Source of the DNA: Anaerolineae bacterium
Lineage (GTDB): Bacteria > Chloroflexota > Anaerolineae > Epilineales > JAHCIE01
Direction: 5' to 3'
Length of the DNA: 64,000 bases
Assembly: GCA_046328535.1 (NCBI GenBank)
Contig: JAXLWJ010000031.1
Coordinates: forward strand, 109-64,108
A program made the translations under genes and the position numbers. Positions 54,939 through 63,552 of this stretch are shown here, one piece after another; within the stretch, counting starts at the first letter, position 1, and the number at the start of each line of letters is the position of its first letter. A model generated the notes under the pieces. That model worked only from the letters and a program-made list of their open reading frames with translations, did no database searches and was not told the DNA's origin.

Positions 54939-56003
54939 ATGAAAGCTCTCATTTTGAGTGGGGGAAAGGGGACGCGGCTGCGGCCCTTCACATTCACCAG
55001 CGCCAAGCAGCTCGTGCCGGTGGCGAACAAGCCGGTGCTGTTCCGCGTCATCGAGACGGTGCGCGACGCGGGCATCACCGAGGTCGGCGTGGTCGTGGGC
55101 GACACGGCGCAGGAGATCATGGCGGCGGTCGGCGGCGGCAAACGCTTCGGCGTCCACATCGAGTACATCCCGCAGGATGCGCCCCTCGGCCTGGCCCACG
55201 CGGTGAAGATTAGCCAGCCGTACATTGGCGACGACCGCTTCGTCATGTTCCTCGGCGACAACGTCATCCAGGGCGGGATCAACCGGCTCATCGGCGAGTT
55301 CGCGTCGAGCGACTGGAACGCGCAGATCGTGCTGACGCGGGTGGCGGAGCCGGAGCACTACGGCGTGGCGGTCGTGGAGGACGGCCAGATCGTGCGGCTC
55401 GTCGAGAAGCCGCGGGTGCCGCCGAGCGACCTGGCGCTGGTGGGCATCTACATGTTCGACGGCCACATCTTCGAGGCGGTCAACGCCATCACGCCATCGT
55501 GGCGCGGCGAGCTGGAGATTACCGACGCCATTCAGTGGCTCGTCCAGCATGATTACCGCGTCCACCCCTACATTCATACCGGCTGGTGGATTGACACCGG
55601 GAAGGCCAGCGACATGCTCGCGGCGAATCGCCTGGTGCTGGAGGAGATCGAGCCGAGCATCGGGGGCTACGTGGACCGCGACTCGCAGATCGTCGGCAAG
55701 GTGACGGTCGAGAAGGGCGCAGAGATCATCAACTCCGTCATTCGCGGCCCGGCGATCATCGGCGAGGAGACGCGCATCGTCAACTCGTACATCGGGCCGT
55801 TCACGGCGGTGTACCACCACTGCCTCGTCGAGAACTCCGAGATCGAGCACTCCATTATCCTGGAGGGGTGCGCCATCAAGGACCTGCCGGCGCGGCTGGA
55901 AGACTCCCTCGTCGGGCGCAACGTGACCATCGCCCGCTCGCCCATCAAGCCGAAGGCGTACAAGCTGACCCTGGGCGACTACTCGTCGGTGGGCGTGCTC
56001 TAG
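54939..56003 (+). CDS. rmlA: glucose-1-phosphate thymidylyltransferase, long form (NTP-transferase + LbH)
   Basis: MKALILSGGKGTRLRPFTFTSAKQLVPVANKPVL; C-terminal hexapeptide-repeat region. Confidence 0.8.
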   Translation: MKALILSGGKGTRLRPFTFTSAKQLVPVANKPVLFRVIETVRDAGITEVGVVVGDTAQEIMAAVGGGKRFGVHIEYIPQDAPLGLAHAVKISQPYIGDDRFVMFLGDNVIQGGINRLIGEFASSDWNAQIVLTRVAEPEHYGVAVVEDGQIVRLVEKPRVPPSDLALVGIYMFDGHIFEAVNAITPSWRGELEITDAIQWLVQHDYRVHPYIHTGWWIDTGKASDMLAANRLVLEEIEPSIGGYVDRDSQIVGKVTVEKGAEIINSVIRGPAIIGEETRIVNSYIGPFTAVYHHCLVENSEIEHSIILEGCAIKDLPARLEDSLVGRNVTIARSPIKPKAYKLTLGDYSSVGVL

Positions 56004-56032
56004 CGGCCTGTCACACGTAAGTTGCGAGTTTT

Positions 56033-56226
56033 GTAGTGACGACTTCAGTCGTTCTGCGGCCTGGGAAACGACTAAAGTCGTTACTACATTTCTGTCATTG
56101 TTCGTGTGACACACTACTAGCGAGCCTACGGTAATGTAGCAACGACTTCCAGTCGTTCCGGGGAGAAGAAACGACCGAGGTCGTTACTACCGGGAAGCGG
56201 CGCTGTAGTAACGACTTCCAGTCGTT
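56033..56226. repeat. REP array: five units GTAG(T/C)(A/G)ACGAC-loop-GTCGTT in alternating orientation
   Basis: 56033-56053 (+), 56067-56087 (-), 56136-56157 (+), 56170-56190 (-), 56205-56226 (+). Confidence 0.85.
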
Positions 56227-56256
56227 TCTTCGCCTCGATGAGGGAGGAGCGAAGGG

Positions 56257-56859
56257 TTGCCTCCAGACGAGTATCCCAAGCTGTCTGCTGAGGAACGTGA
56301 CGAGATTTTGCGCGCACGCCGAGAGCAAGGATTTCCGCTGCATGCGCCGCCGCATCCGTATCGCCACGAAGCGTGGTACCTCATCACGGCGGCCAACTTC
56401 GAGCACGCAGCGATCATGTCCACGGCATTAAGGCGAACTGAGTTTGCACGTCACTTGCTGTCGGCTGCTGCGGAAATCGAGGCTGAGGTCGCCGGTTGGG
56501 TGATTCTACCCAATCACTACCACATTCTTCTGCATGTCGACTCCCTTAATCTGATATCGGGTGCGCTCAAGCTCCTACATGGCAGAACCGCTCACGACTG
56601 GAATCGAGATGACGGCCTAACCGGACGGCGGCGCGTCTGGTATCACTTTTATGATCAGATCATACGGGATGAGGACAATTTCTATCGAGCGTTGAATTAC
56701 GTCCATATCAACCCTGTCAAGCATGGTTATGTTCAGGATCCGTATGAGTGGCCCTGGTCGAGTCTGCACGACTACCTCGAAATGCAGGGCCGCGAGTGGT
56801 TGCGCGAAAACTGGCGTACGCATCAACCAGGTAACTTTGGGTGTGGGTGGGATGATTGA
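56257..56859 (+). CDS. REP-associated tyrosine transposase (RAYT, IS200/IS605 Y1 HUH family)
   Basis: HUH motif ILPNHYHILLHV; catalytic Tyr motif ALNYVHINPVKHGYV; flanked by REP hairpins; probable TTG start after GGGAGGAG. Confidence 0.85.
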   Translation: MPPDEYPKLSAEERDEILRARREQGFPLHAPPHPYRHEAWYLITAANFEHAAIMSTALRRTEFARHLLSAAAEIEAEVAGWVILPNHYHILLHVDSLNLISGALKLLHGRTAHDWNRDDGLTGRRRVWYHFYDQIIRDEDNFYRALNYVHINPVKHGYVQDPYEWPWSSLHDYLEMQGREWLRENWRTHQPGNFGCGWDD

Positions 56860-56871
56860 TCACGTCGAAGA

Positions 56872-56892
56872 AACGACCGAGGTCGTTACTAC
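56872..56892 (-). repeat. REP unit 3' of RAYT
   Basis: AACGACCGAGGTCGTTACTAC, identical to unit at 56170-56190. Confidence 0.85.
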
Positions 56893-56905
56893 GGGGAGAA
56901 TTAAC

Positions 56906-57940
56906 ATGAAACGGCTGTTAATCACCGGCGGGGCCGGGTTCATCGGCTCCAACTTCACGCGCTATATGCTGGAGACTTACGACGACCTGTCCGTCGTCGT
57001 GTACGACAAGCTCACCTACGCCGGCCGGCTGGAGAACCTCCAGGACGTGGCTGAGCGATTCGGGGGGCGCTATGCCTTTGTGCGCGGCGACATCGCCGAC
57101 CGGGCGCTGGTCGAGGCGACGGCCCGCGCCCACGCCATAGACACCATCGTCAACTTCGCCGCCGAGACGCACGTGGATCGCTCCATCCTGGACCCCGATG
57201 CGTTCATCCGCACGAGCTGCCTGGGAACATACGCCCTGCTCGAAGCGGCGCGGGCGTTGGGCAACCTGCGCTTCCATCAGATTAGCACCGACGAGGTGTA
57301 CGGGTATGTGCGCGATGGGGCGTCGGTCGAGACGGACCCGCTGGCCCCGCGCTCGCCCTACGCGGCGAGCAAGGCCAGCGCCGACCTGCTGACCCTGGCG
57401 TACCACGTGACGTATGGCCTGCCGGTGACCATCACGCGGGGGGCGAACAACGTCGGCCCGTACCAGTACCCGGAGAAGGCCGTGCCGCTGTTCGTGACCA
57501 ACGCCCTGGACGATATCCCGCTGCCGGTGTACGGCGACGGCCAGCAGATGCGCGACTATCAGTGGGTGGTGGACCACTGCGAGGCGGTGGATATCGTGGT
57601 GCGGCGCGGGCGCATCGGCGAGGTGTACAACATCGGCACGGGGCAAGAGATTCCGAACCTGGATATGGTGGACATCGTGCTGGAGCGCCTCGGCAAGCCG
57701 CGCTCGCTCATCCACTTCGTCGAGGACCGCGCCGGCCACGACCGCCGCTACAGCCTGAACGTGGACAAGGTGCGGGCGCTCGGCTGGCAGCCGCGCCACA
57801 CGTGCGAGGAGGCCGTCGCGCTGACGGTGGACTGGTATCGGGACAACGAGTGGTGGTGGCGGCCCATCAAGTCGGGCGAGTTCCAGGAGTACTACGCGCG
57901 GCAGTATGGAAATCGGGCGGTGCTGAAGGTGGGGACATAA
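56906..57940 (+). CDS. rmlB: dTDP-glucose 4,6-dehydratase
   Basis: MKRLLITGGAGFIGSNF; YAASKASADLL (YxxxK); ...RPGHDRRYSL... Confidence 0.92.
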   Translation: MKRLLITGGAGFIGSNFTRYMLETYDDLSVVVYDKLTYAGRLENLQDVAERFGGRYAFVRGDIADRALVEATARAHAIDTIVNFAAETHVDRSILDPDAFIRTSCLGTYALLEAARALGNLRFHQISTDEVYGYVRDGASVETDPLAPRSPYAASKASADLLTLAYHVTYGLPVTITRGANNVGPYQYPEKAVPLFVTNALDDIPLPVYGDGQQMRDYQWVVDHCEAVDIVVRRGRIGEVYNIGTGQEIPNLDMVDIVLERLGKPRSLIHFVEDRAGHDRRYSLNVDKVRALGWQPRHTCEEAVALTVDWYRDNEWWWRPIKSGEFQEYYARQYGNRAVLKVGT

Positions 57941-57982
57941 CGCCAGATTCCAGCCGGTCCCGGATTTCCCACCGTAAACCCC

Positions 57983-58011
57983 TTGACAACGCACGTTTCT
58001 TGCGGTACAAT
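57983..58011 (+). promoter_or_regulatory. consensus sigma70 promoter TTGACA-17-TACAAT for lacI-family gene
   Basis: ccTTGACAacgcacgtttcttgcggTACAATgc. Confidence 0.6.
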
Positions 58012-58030
58012 GCAACTGAAAGTGGTTTTA

Positions 58031-58044
58031 TGAAAGCACTTTCA
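58031..58044. promoter_or_regulatory. LacI-family operator-like palindrome TGAAAGCACTTTCA
   Basis: Just downstream of predicted TSS; also 8-bp IR TGAAAGTG (58017) / CACTTTCA (58037). Confidence 0.5.
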
Positions 58045-58114
58045 ACCCCCTAAAACTCCGAAGCGTAGTTTGACCTGTCCGCGTTGCCGCGGCTCGCCCC
58101 AAGGTGGGAGTGCG

Positions 58115-59110
58115 ATGGCTGAGGCCACTGTCTACGACGTCGCCCGACACGCCAATGTGAGCATAGCCACCGTCTCGCGTGTGCTCAACACGCCGGACAA
58201 AGTCAACCCGGCGACGCGCGCGCGGGTCATCGCCGCCATTGACGCCCTCGGCTTCGTGCCGAACGCTGAGGCGACGGCGCGGGCGCGCAAGACGAGCGGG
58301 CGCATCGGGGTCCTCGCGCCTTTCTTCACCTATCCCTCGTTTGTGGAACGGCTGCGCGGCGTCGCCACGGCGCTGGCCGGCGCGAGCTACGAGTTCGTCG
58401 TCTATGCCGTGGATGCGGCGGCGCAGCGCGACGCCAACCTGGCGAGCATCGTCGTGACGCGGCGCGTGGACGGCCTGGTGATCATGGCGCTGCCGTTCGA
58501 CGACCGCATGGCCCACCGCCTGGCGGATGCGCGCATTGAAGCCACGCTGGTCGAGTTCAGCCACAATGGGTTCAACAGTATCGAGATAGACGATGTCGAG
58601 GGTGGCCGCCTGGCGGCGGCGCACTTTCTGGCGACGGGCCGGCGGCGCTGCGCCTTCGTCGGCGACAGCGATCTGCCCGACTACGCCATCCACCCCAGCG
58701 ACACGCGGCTGGCGGGCTATCGCCGCGCGCTGGCCGAGGCCGGCTGCCGGCTGCCCGACGAGTATCTTGGCTTAGCGCCCCACGGGCTGGAGACGGCGCG
58801 CCAGGCGACCCTGGCGCTGCTGGACCTGCCCCGGCCGCCGGACGCTATCTTCGCCGTCAGCGATACCCAGGCGATGGGCGTGCTGAAGGCGGCGCGGGAC
58901 CGGGGCCTCAAGGTCCCGGACGACCTGGCGGTGATTGGGTTCGACGACATCGAAGTGTCAGAATACATCGGCTTGACGACGGTGCGGCAGCCGCTGCAAG
59001 AGTCGGGGCGCATCGCGGTCGAGTTGGTGCTGAGCCGCCTGGCGGATCCGTCGCGGCCGGTGCAGCACGTGCGCCTGCCGCTGACGCTGGTGGTGCGGGA
59101 GACCGCGTGA
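58115..59110 (+). CDS. LacI-family transcriptional regulator
   Basis: MAEATVYDVARHANVSIATVSRVLN HTH; periplasmic-binding-like effector domain. Confidence 0.9.
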   Translation: MAEATVYDVARHANVSIATVSRVLNTPDKVNPATRARVIAAIDALGFVPNAEATARARKTSGRIGVLAPFFTYPSFVERLRGVATALAGASYEFVVYAVDAAAQRDANLASIVVTRRVDGLVIMALPFDDRMAHRLADARIEATLVEFSHNGFNSIEIDDVEGGRLAAAHFLATGRRRCAFVGDSDLPDYAIHPSDTRLAGYRRALAEAGCRLPDEYLGLAPHGLETARQATLALLDLPRPPDAIFAVSDTQAMGVLKAARDRGLKVPDDLAVIGFDDIEVSEYIGLTTVRQPLQESGRIAVELVLSRLADPSRPVQHVRLPLTLVVRETA

Positions 59111-59122
59111 TGAAGAGGCGGG

Positions 59123-59203
59123 GTGACGAAGAGGCGGGTGGCGAGGTGACGGAGTGACGGAGTGACGGGAAAGGGTTCAATCGTCACATCGCCACATCGC
59201 CAC
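59123..59203. repeat. family-W word-stutter hairpin (GTGACGGA words), imperfect
   Basis: GGTGGCGAGGTGACGGAGTGACGGAGTGACGGG ... TCGTCACATCGCCACATCGCCAC. Confidence 0.55.
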
Positions 59204-59328
59204 TTGTGAGTGAGGAGGTGTGGATGGCGTAAAAAAGGGTCGTGTTGCCAAGTTTGCGCATCTGCATATTATAGAGACAACGTGGATCCACCGTCAGTTC
59301 TGACGGTCTATCACTAAGGAGGAACCTG

Positions 59329-60903
59329 ATGTCACGTCGTATGTTGTTTGTGTTGCTGACGGTCGCCATCATGGCGGTCATCGTCAGCGCGTGCGGTGGC
59401 GCGGCCGCCCCGGCCGCAGCGCCGACCACCGCGCCAGCCGCGGCGGCGCAGCCGAAGGCCGCCGAGCCGACGGCGGCGCCGAAGGCGGCGGCCCCGACCG
59501 AGGCCCCGAAGGCGGCCGTGGCGACGGTCGCCCCGACGGTTGCGGCGGCGGCGAAAGCGGCGGCCACAAGCGCCCCGACCCTGGCGGCAGCGGCCGGCGC
59601 GGCCGGCGGCTCGTGCAAGGAGTCCATTGGCGCGAGTGCCGATGGCGCCAAGTCCAAGGGCCTGATGGAGCTGGCCGACGCCTACGCCGGCAAGTTCAAG
59701 GGCCAGAAGGTCACGATGACCGGCCCGTTCACGGGCGAGGACGAGGCCCGCTTCAACAACTCGATCAAGAAGTTCGAGGACGCGACCGGCATTGATATCC
59801 AGTACGCCGGCTCGAAGGAGTTCGAGGCGACCATCGCGGCGCGCATCGCCGCCGCCGACGCCCCGGATATCATTGACTTCCCGCAGCCGGGTCTGGCCGC
59901 GACGTTCATGAAGCAGGGCAAGCTCGTCCCGACGAGCAAGCTCGGCATCCCCGATGCCTGGCTGAAGGAGAACTACCTGCAGTCGTGGATTGACATGGCC
60001 CAGATGCCCGGCGCCGACGGCAAGCCGGTGACGGGTGGCGTCTGGCAGCGCTTCAACGGTAAGGACCTGGTGTGGTATCCGAAGGCCGCCTTCGACAAGG
60101 CCGGCTACAAGGTTCCGACCACCTGGGACGAGATGATGGCGCTGACCGACCAGATCGCGAAGGACGGCGACACGCCGTGGTGCATCGGCATCGAGTCGGG
60201 CGCGGCCACCGGCTGGCCGGCCACCGACTGGATCGAGGGCATCATGCTGCGCACGACCTCGCCGCAGAACTACGACAAGTGGGTCACGGGCGATCTGAAG
60301 TTTGATTCGCCCGAGGTGCGCAAGGCCCTCGATTACATGTCGAAGATCTGGCTGAACGACAAGTACGTCCAGGGTGGCAAGGCCAAGATCGTCACGACGA
60401 ACTTCGGCGACGCGCCGGCGGGCATGTTCCAGACCCCGCCGAAGTGCTGGCTGCACAAGCAGGGCAACTTCATCATGGCCTTCTTCCCCAAGACGGCCAA
60501 GGCGCTGACGGACTACGACTTCTTCTACCTGCCGCCGATTGACTCGGCCCAGGGCAAGCCGTTCCTGGTGGCTGGCGACCTGATGGCGGCGACGAACGAC
60601 AAGCCGGCGACTAAGGCCGTGATGCAGTGGTTCTCCACGGGCGACGGCGTCAAGGGCTGGCTGGCCGCCGGTGGCGCCCTCGGTCCGCAGAAGGACGTGT
60701 GTCTGGACTGGTACGGCGACCCGGTCGAGAAGAAGATCGCCGGTATCTATCAAGGCTCGACGGTCGTCCGCTTCGACGGTTCGGACCTGATGCCGGGTAA
60801 GGTCGGCGCTGGTTCGTTCTGGAAGGGCATGACCGACTGGTTGTCCGGGGCGGCGCCGCTCGACACGGTGCTTAAGGAGATTGACGCCTCCTGGCCGCGG
60901 TAA
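59329..60903 (+). CDS. sugar ABC transporter substrate-binding lipoprotein (family 1 SBP)
   Basis: AAGGAGG RBS; signal + VSACGG lipobox; Ala/Pro linker; SBP_bac_1 body. Confidence 0.85.
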   Translation: MSRRMLFVLLTVAIMAVIVSACGGAAAPAAAPTTAPAAAAQPKAAEPTAAPKAAAPTEAPKAAVATVAPTVAAAAKAAATSAPTLAAAAGAAGGSCKESIGASADGAKSKGLMELADAYAGKFKGQKVTMTGPFTGEDEARFNNSIKKFEDATGIDIQYAGSKEFEATIAARIAAADAPDIIDFPQPGLAATFMKQGKLVPTSKLGIPDAWLKENYLQSWIDMAQMPGADGKPVTGGVWQRFNGKDLVWYPKAAFDKAGYKVPTTWDEMMALTDQIAKDGDTPWCIGIESGAATGWPATDWIEGIMLRTTSPQNYDKWVTGDLKFDSPEVRKALDYMSKIWLNDKYVQGGKAKIVTTNFGDAPAGMFQTPPKCWLHKQGNFIMAFFPKTAKALTDYDFFYLPPIDSAQGKPFLVAGDLMAATNDKPATKAVMQWFSTGDGVKGWLAAGGALGPQKDVCLDWYGDPVEKKIAGIYQGSTVVRFDGSDLMPGKVGAGSFWKGMTDWLSGAAPLDTVLKEIDASWPR

Positions 60904-60933
60904 GCCATATCGCTGCGGTAGGCTTTGTGTTCT

Positions 60934-60965
60934 CCGTAGAGACGCGCCATGGCGCGTCTCTACGG
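60934..60965. repeat. family-N 32-bp perfect palindrome CCGTAGAGACGCGCCATGGCGCGTCTCTACGG
   Basis: Between SBP and permease genes. Confidence 0.85.
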
Positions 60966-61022
60966 GACGGCTACGGGTAGAGCACATCACGAATCTGTCT
61001 CTCGCCAACAGAGGAGGGCAGG

Positions 61023-62183
61023 ATGGATGACCAGTTTGTCGAGGTAACCCCGCAGAAAGTCCCGACGCCCCTCGCGCCGCCGCCAGGCTCCGACAAGCCG
61101 CAGAGCGGCCTCGGCTGGCTGGGGACCAACATCAGCCGTATTCTCATCTCGATTGCTATCCCGCTGATCGCGTTTTTCGTCCTGTATGAAGGCTTCATCT
61201 TTCTGCGCGACACCAACGCGCCGAAAGGTGTAGTCGCTGTCATTGCCATCATCTGGGGTGTCGGGGGCGTCGCGCTGCTGTACTGGGTGGCGAACTGGGT
61301 TGTCGAGCGCATGGGCGGCGGGGTTGTCTCTCGCGTTCAGCCGTTCGTGTTCGTCGGTCCGGCCATCGCCATTCTCGCCTGGTACCTGTTCCTGCCGACG
61401 ATCCGCACGTTCGAGCTGAGCTTCATGGGGCCGACGGGCGAGAACTTCGTCGGGCTGGCGAACTACCAGGAAGTCTTTACCGACCGCACGATGTTTACGG
61501 CGTTTTTTAACAACATCCTGTGGATCATCTTCGGCGCGTCGTTCTGTATCATCCTCGGCCTGCTCGTGGCCGTGCTGGCGGATCGCAGCCGCTACGAAAC
61601 GGCAGCCAAGGCGCTGATCTTCATGCCGATGGCGATCTCGATGGTGGGCGCGTCCATCATCTTCCGACTGATCTACGCGGTCAACCCCAACGTCGGCTTG
61701 CTGAACGCCATCTACACCAATTTCACCGGGAATGACCCTGTCGCCTGGACGGCCTCGGCGCAGCTCAGCCCGTGGAACAACCTGTTCCTGATCGCCGTCA
61801 TGATCTGGCTCCAGACGGGCTACTGCATGGTGCTCTTCTCGGCCGCCATTAAGGGCATTCCGGCGGATATGCTGGAAGCGGCGCGCGTGGACGGCGCGAA
61901 CGAGTTCCAGGTGTTCTTCCGCATCATGATCCCGTCCATCATGGGGACGATTATCGCCGTCGGCACGACGGTCATCATCTTCACCCTCAAGATCTTCGAC
62001 GTGGTCTGGGTCATGACAGGCGGCCAGTTCAACACCCAGGTGATCGCGACGCAGTACTACCGCGAGTACTTCACGGCGCAGAACTCGGGTACCGGCTCGG
62101 CCATCGCCATCGTGCTGCTGATCTGCGTGATTCCGGTGATGATCTACAACCTGCGCGGGTTTAGCGAGAGGGAGGCGTTCTAA
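61023..62183 (+). CDS. sugar ABC transporter permease (MalF-like)
   Basis: EAARVDGANEFQVFFRIMIPS (EAA loop); 6+ TM. Confidence 0.85.
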   Translation: MDDQFVEVTPQKVPTPLAPPPGSDKPQSGLGWLGTNISRILISIAIPLIAFFVLYEGFIFLRDTNAPKGVVAVIAIIWGVGGVALLYWVANWVVERMGGGVVSRVQPFVFVGPAIAILAWYLFLPTIRTFELSFMGPTGENFVGLANYQEVFTDRTMFTAFFNNILWIIFGASFCIILGLLVAVLADRSRYETAAKALIFMPMAISMVGASIIFRLIYAVNPNVGLLNAIYTNFTGNDPVAWTASAQLSPWNNLFLIAVMIWLQTGYCMVLFSAAIKGIPADMLEAARVDGANEFQVFFRIMIPSIMGTIIAVGTTVIIFTLKIFDVVWVMTGGQFNTQVIATQYYREYFTAQNSGTGSAIAIVLLICVIPVMIYNLRGFSEREAF

Positions 62184-63352
62184 TGGCTACCGCTGCTGCG
62201 ACGCAAACCACGGCTGCCGCGACGACGGCCACTAAGAAGAAGCGAAAGTCGCCCTGGGGCCAGGTCTTCGTGAACGGCGTCCTGCTGCTCCTCGTGCTTG
62301 TCTGGATCATCCCGACGCTGGGCCTGTTCATCACATCCTTCCGCACCCGCTTCGACATCCAGACGTCCGGGTGGTGGACCATCTTCCCCCACCGCGACTA
62401 TGTGACGGTGGCGACATTCCCCGTTCCCGACGACGCCGGCGACCGCAACGGGACGATGAAAATCGTGCCGCCTGGCTCGCCTGAGGCGGCCGTTGGCACC
62501 TTCGAGCAGTTCCGCGACGGGGTGAAGACGCCGGACGGCCAGTACAAGCTGGTTTGGGTCGGGAACCGCCGCACGGGCGAAATCGCCGTTCAGCAGCAAC
62601 AGTGGGTTGCCAACACCAACTTCACCACGGAAAACTATCAGCAGGTGCTCGGCACGACAAGCTATGAGATCCGGCAGCCGGATGGGACGACGATCACCGA
62701 AACGGGGACGAACTTCACCAACGCCTTCATCAACAGCATCATCGTGACGATCCCGGCGACGGTGATTCCGATCCTTATCGCCGCGTTCGCCGCCTACGGC
62801 TTCGCGTGGATGCGCTTCCCGCTGCGCCGCTGGTTCTTCATCCTCGTCATCGCGCTGCTGGTCGTGCCACTCCAGACGGCCCTGGTGCCGATCCTGACGG
62901 ACTACGTGAAGCTGAACCTGAACGGCACGTTCCTGGGTATCTGGCTGGCGCACACCGGCTTCGGTTTGCCCCTGGCGACGTACCTCTTATATAGCTACAT
63001 CAGCGGGCTGCCGCGGGACATCCTGGAGTCGGCGTTCATAGACGGCGCGTCCCATTTCACCATCTTCACGCAACTCATCCTGCCGCTGTCGGTACCCGCC
63101 CTGGCGTCGTTCGCCATCTTCCAGTTCCTCTGGACGTGGAACGACTACCTGGTGGCGTTGATCTTCATCGGCGCGAAGCCGGACGTGCAGGTGCTCACCA
63201 TGCGCATGGCGGACATGATCGGGACGCGCGGCAACGACTGGCACCTGCTGACGGCGGGCGCGTTCGTCTCGATGATCCTGCCGCTGGTGGTGTTCTTCTC
63301 GCTGCAGCGCTACTTCGTGCGCGGCCTGATGGCCGGCTCGGTGAAGGGATAG
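62183..63352 (+). CDS. sugar ABC transporter permease (MalG-like) with large extracytoplasmic loop
   Basis: ESAFIDGASHFTIFTQLILP (EAA loop); about 130-aa loop after TM1. Confidence 0.85.
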   Translation: MATAAATQTTAAATTATKKKRKSPWGQVFVNGVLLLLVLVWIIPTLGLFITSFRTRFDIQTSGWWTIFPHRDYVTVATFPVPDDAGDRNGTMKIVPPGSPEAAVGTFEQFRDGVKTPDGQYKLVWVGNRRTGEIAVQQQQWVANTNFTTENYQQVLGTTSYEIRQPDGTTITETGTNFTNAFINSIIVTIPATVIPILIAAFAAYGFAWMRFPLRRWFFILVIALLVVPLQTALVPILTDYVKLNLNGTFLGIWLAHTGFGLPLATYLLYSYISGLPRDILESAFIDGASHFTIFTQLILPLSVPALASFAIFQFLWTWNDYLVALIFIGAKPDVQVLTMRMADMIGTRGNDWHLLTAGAFVSMILPLVVFFSLQRYFVRGLMAGSVKG

Positions 63353-63360
63353 ACCGGTTC

Positions 63361-63482
63361 CGTCATTGCGAGCGTCAGCGAAGCAATCCCCCGTTGGGGA
63401 AAGGGCAGTCTAGTACGAGCATAGCATACCCTCGACTGTCGGGAGATTGCTTCGTCGTCCTATCGTCCTCTTCGCAATGACG
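63361..63482. repeat. family-G long hairpin (two inverted units)
   Basis: GTCATTGCGAGCGTCAGCGAAGCAATC ... GATTGCTTCGTCG...CTCTTCGCAATGAC. Confidence 0.75.
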
Positions 63483-63552
63483 CCCTCCACAACCCGCTGA
63501 TGGCCCTCCATCAGCGGGTTTCCATAGCCCATGCGGACGAGGAGAGACCCCC

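Noticed and set aside
56033-56226. CRISPR array (also considered for 40482-40770 and 20496-20712)
   Set aside because: Repeats alternate in orientation or differ in sequence. There is no constant repeat/spacer periodicity and no cas genes.
56723-56905. N-terminal extension of the rmlB ORF overlapping the RAYT gene
   Set aside because: The Rossmann GxxGxxG motif begins right after ATG 56906. The extension overlaps the RAYT 3' end and a REP unit.
59332-61008. 558-aa minus-strand ORF opposite the sugar SBP gene
   Set aside because: Arg/Gly-rich shadow ORF.
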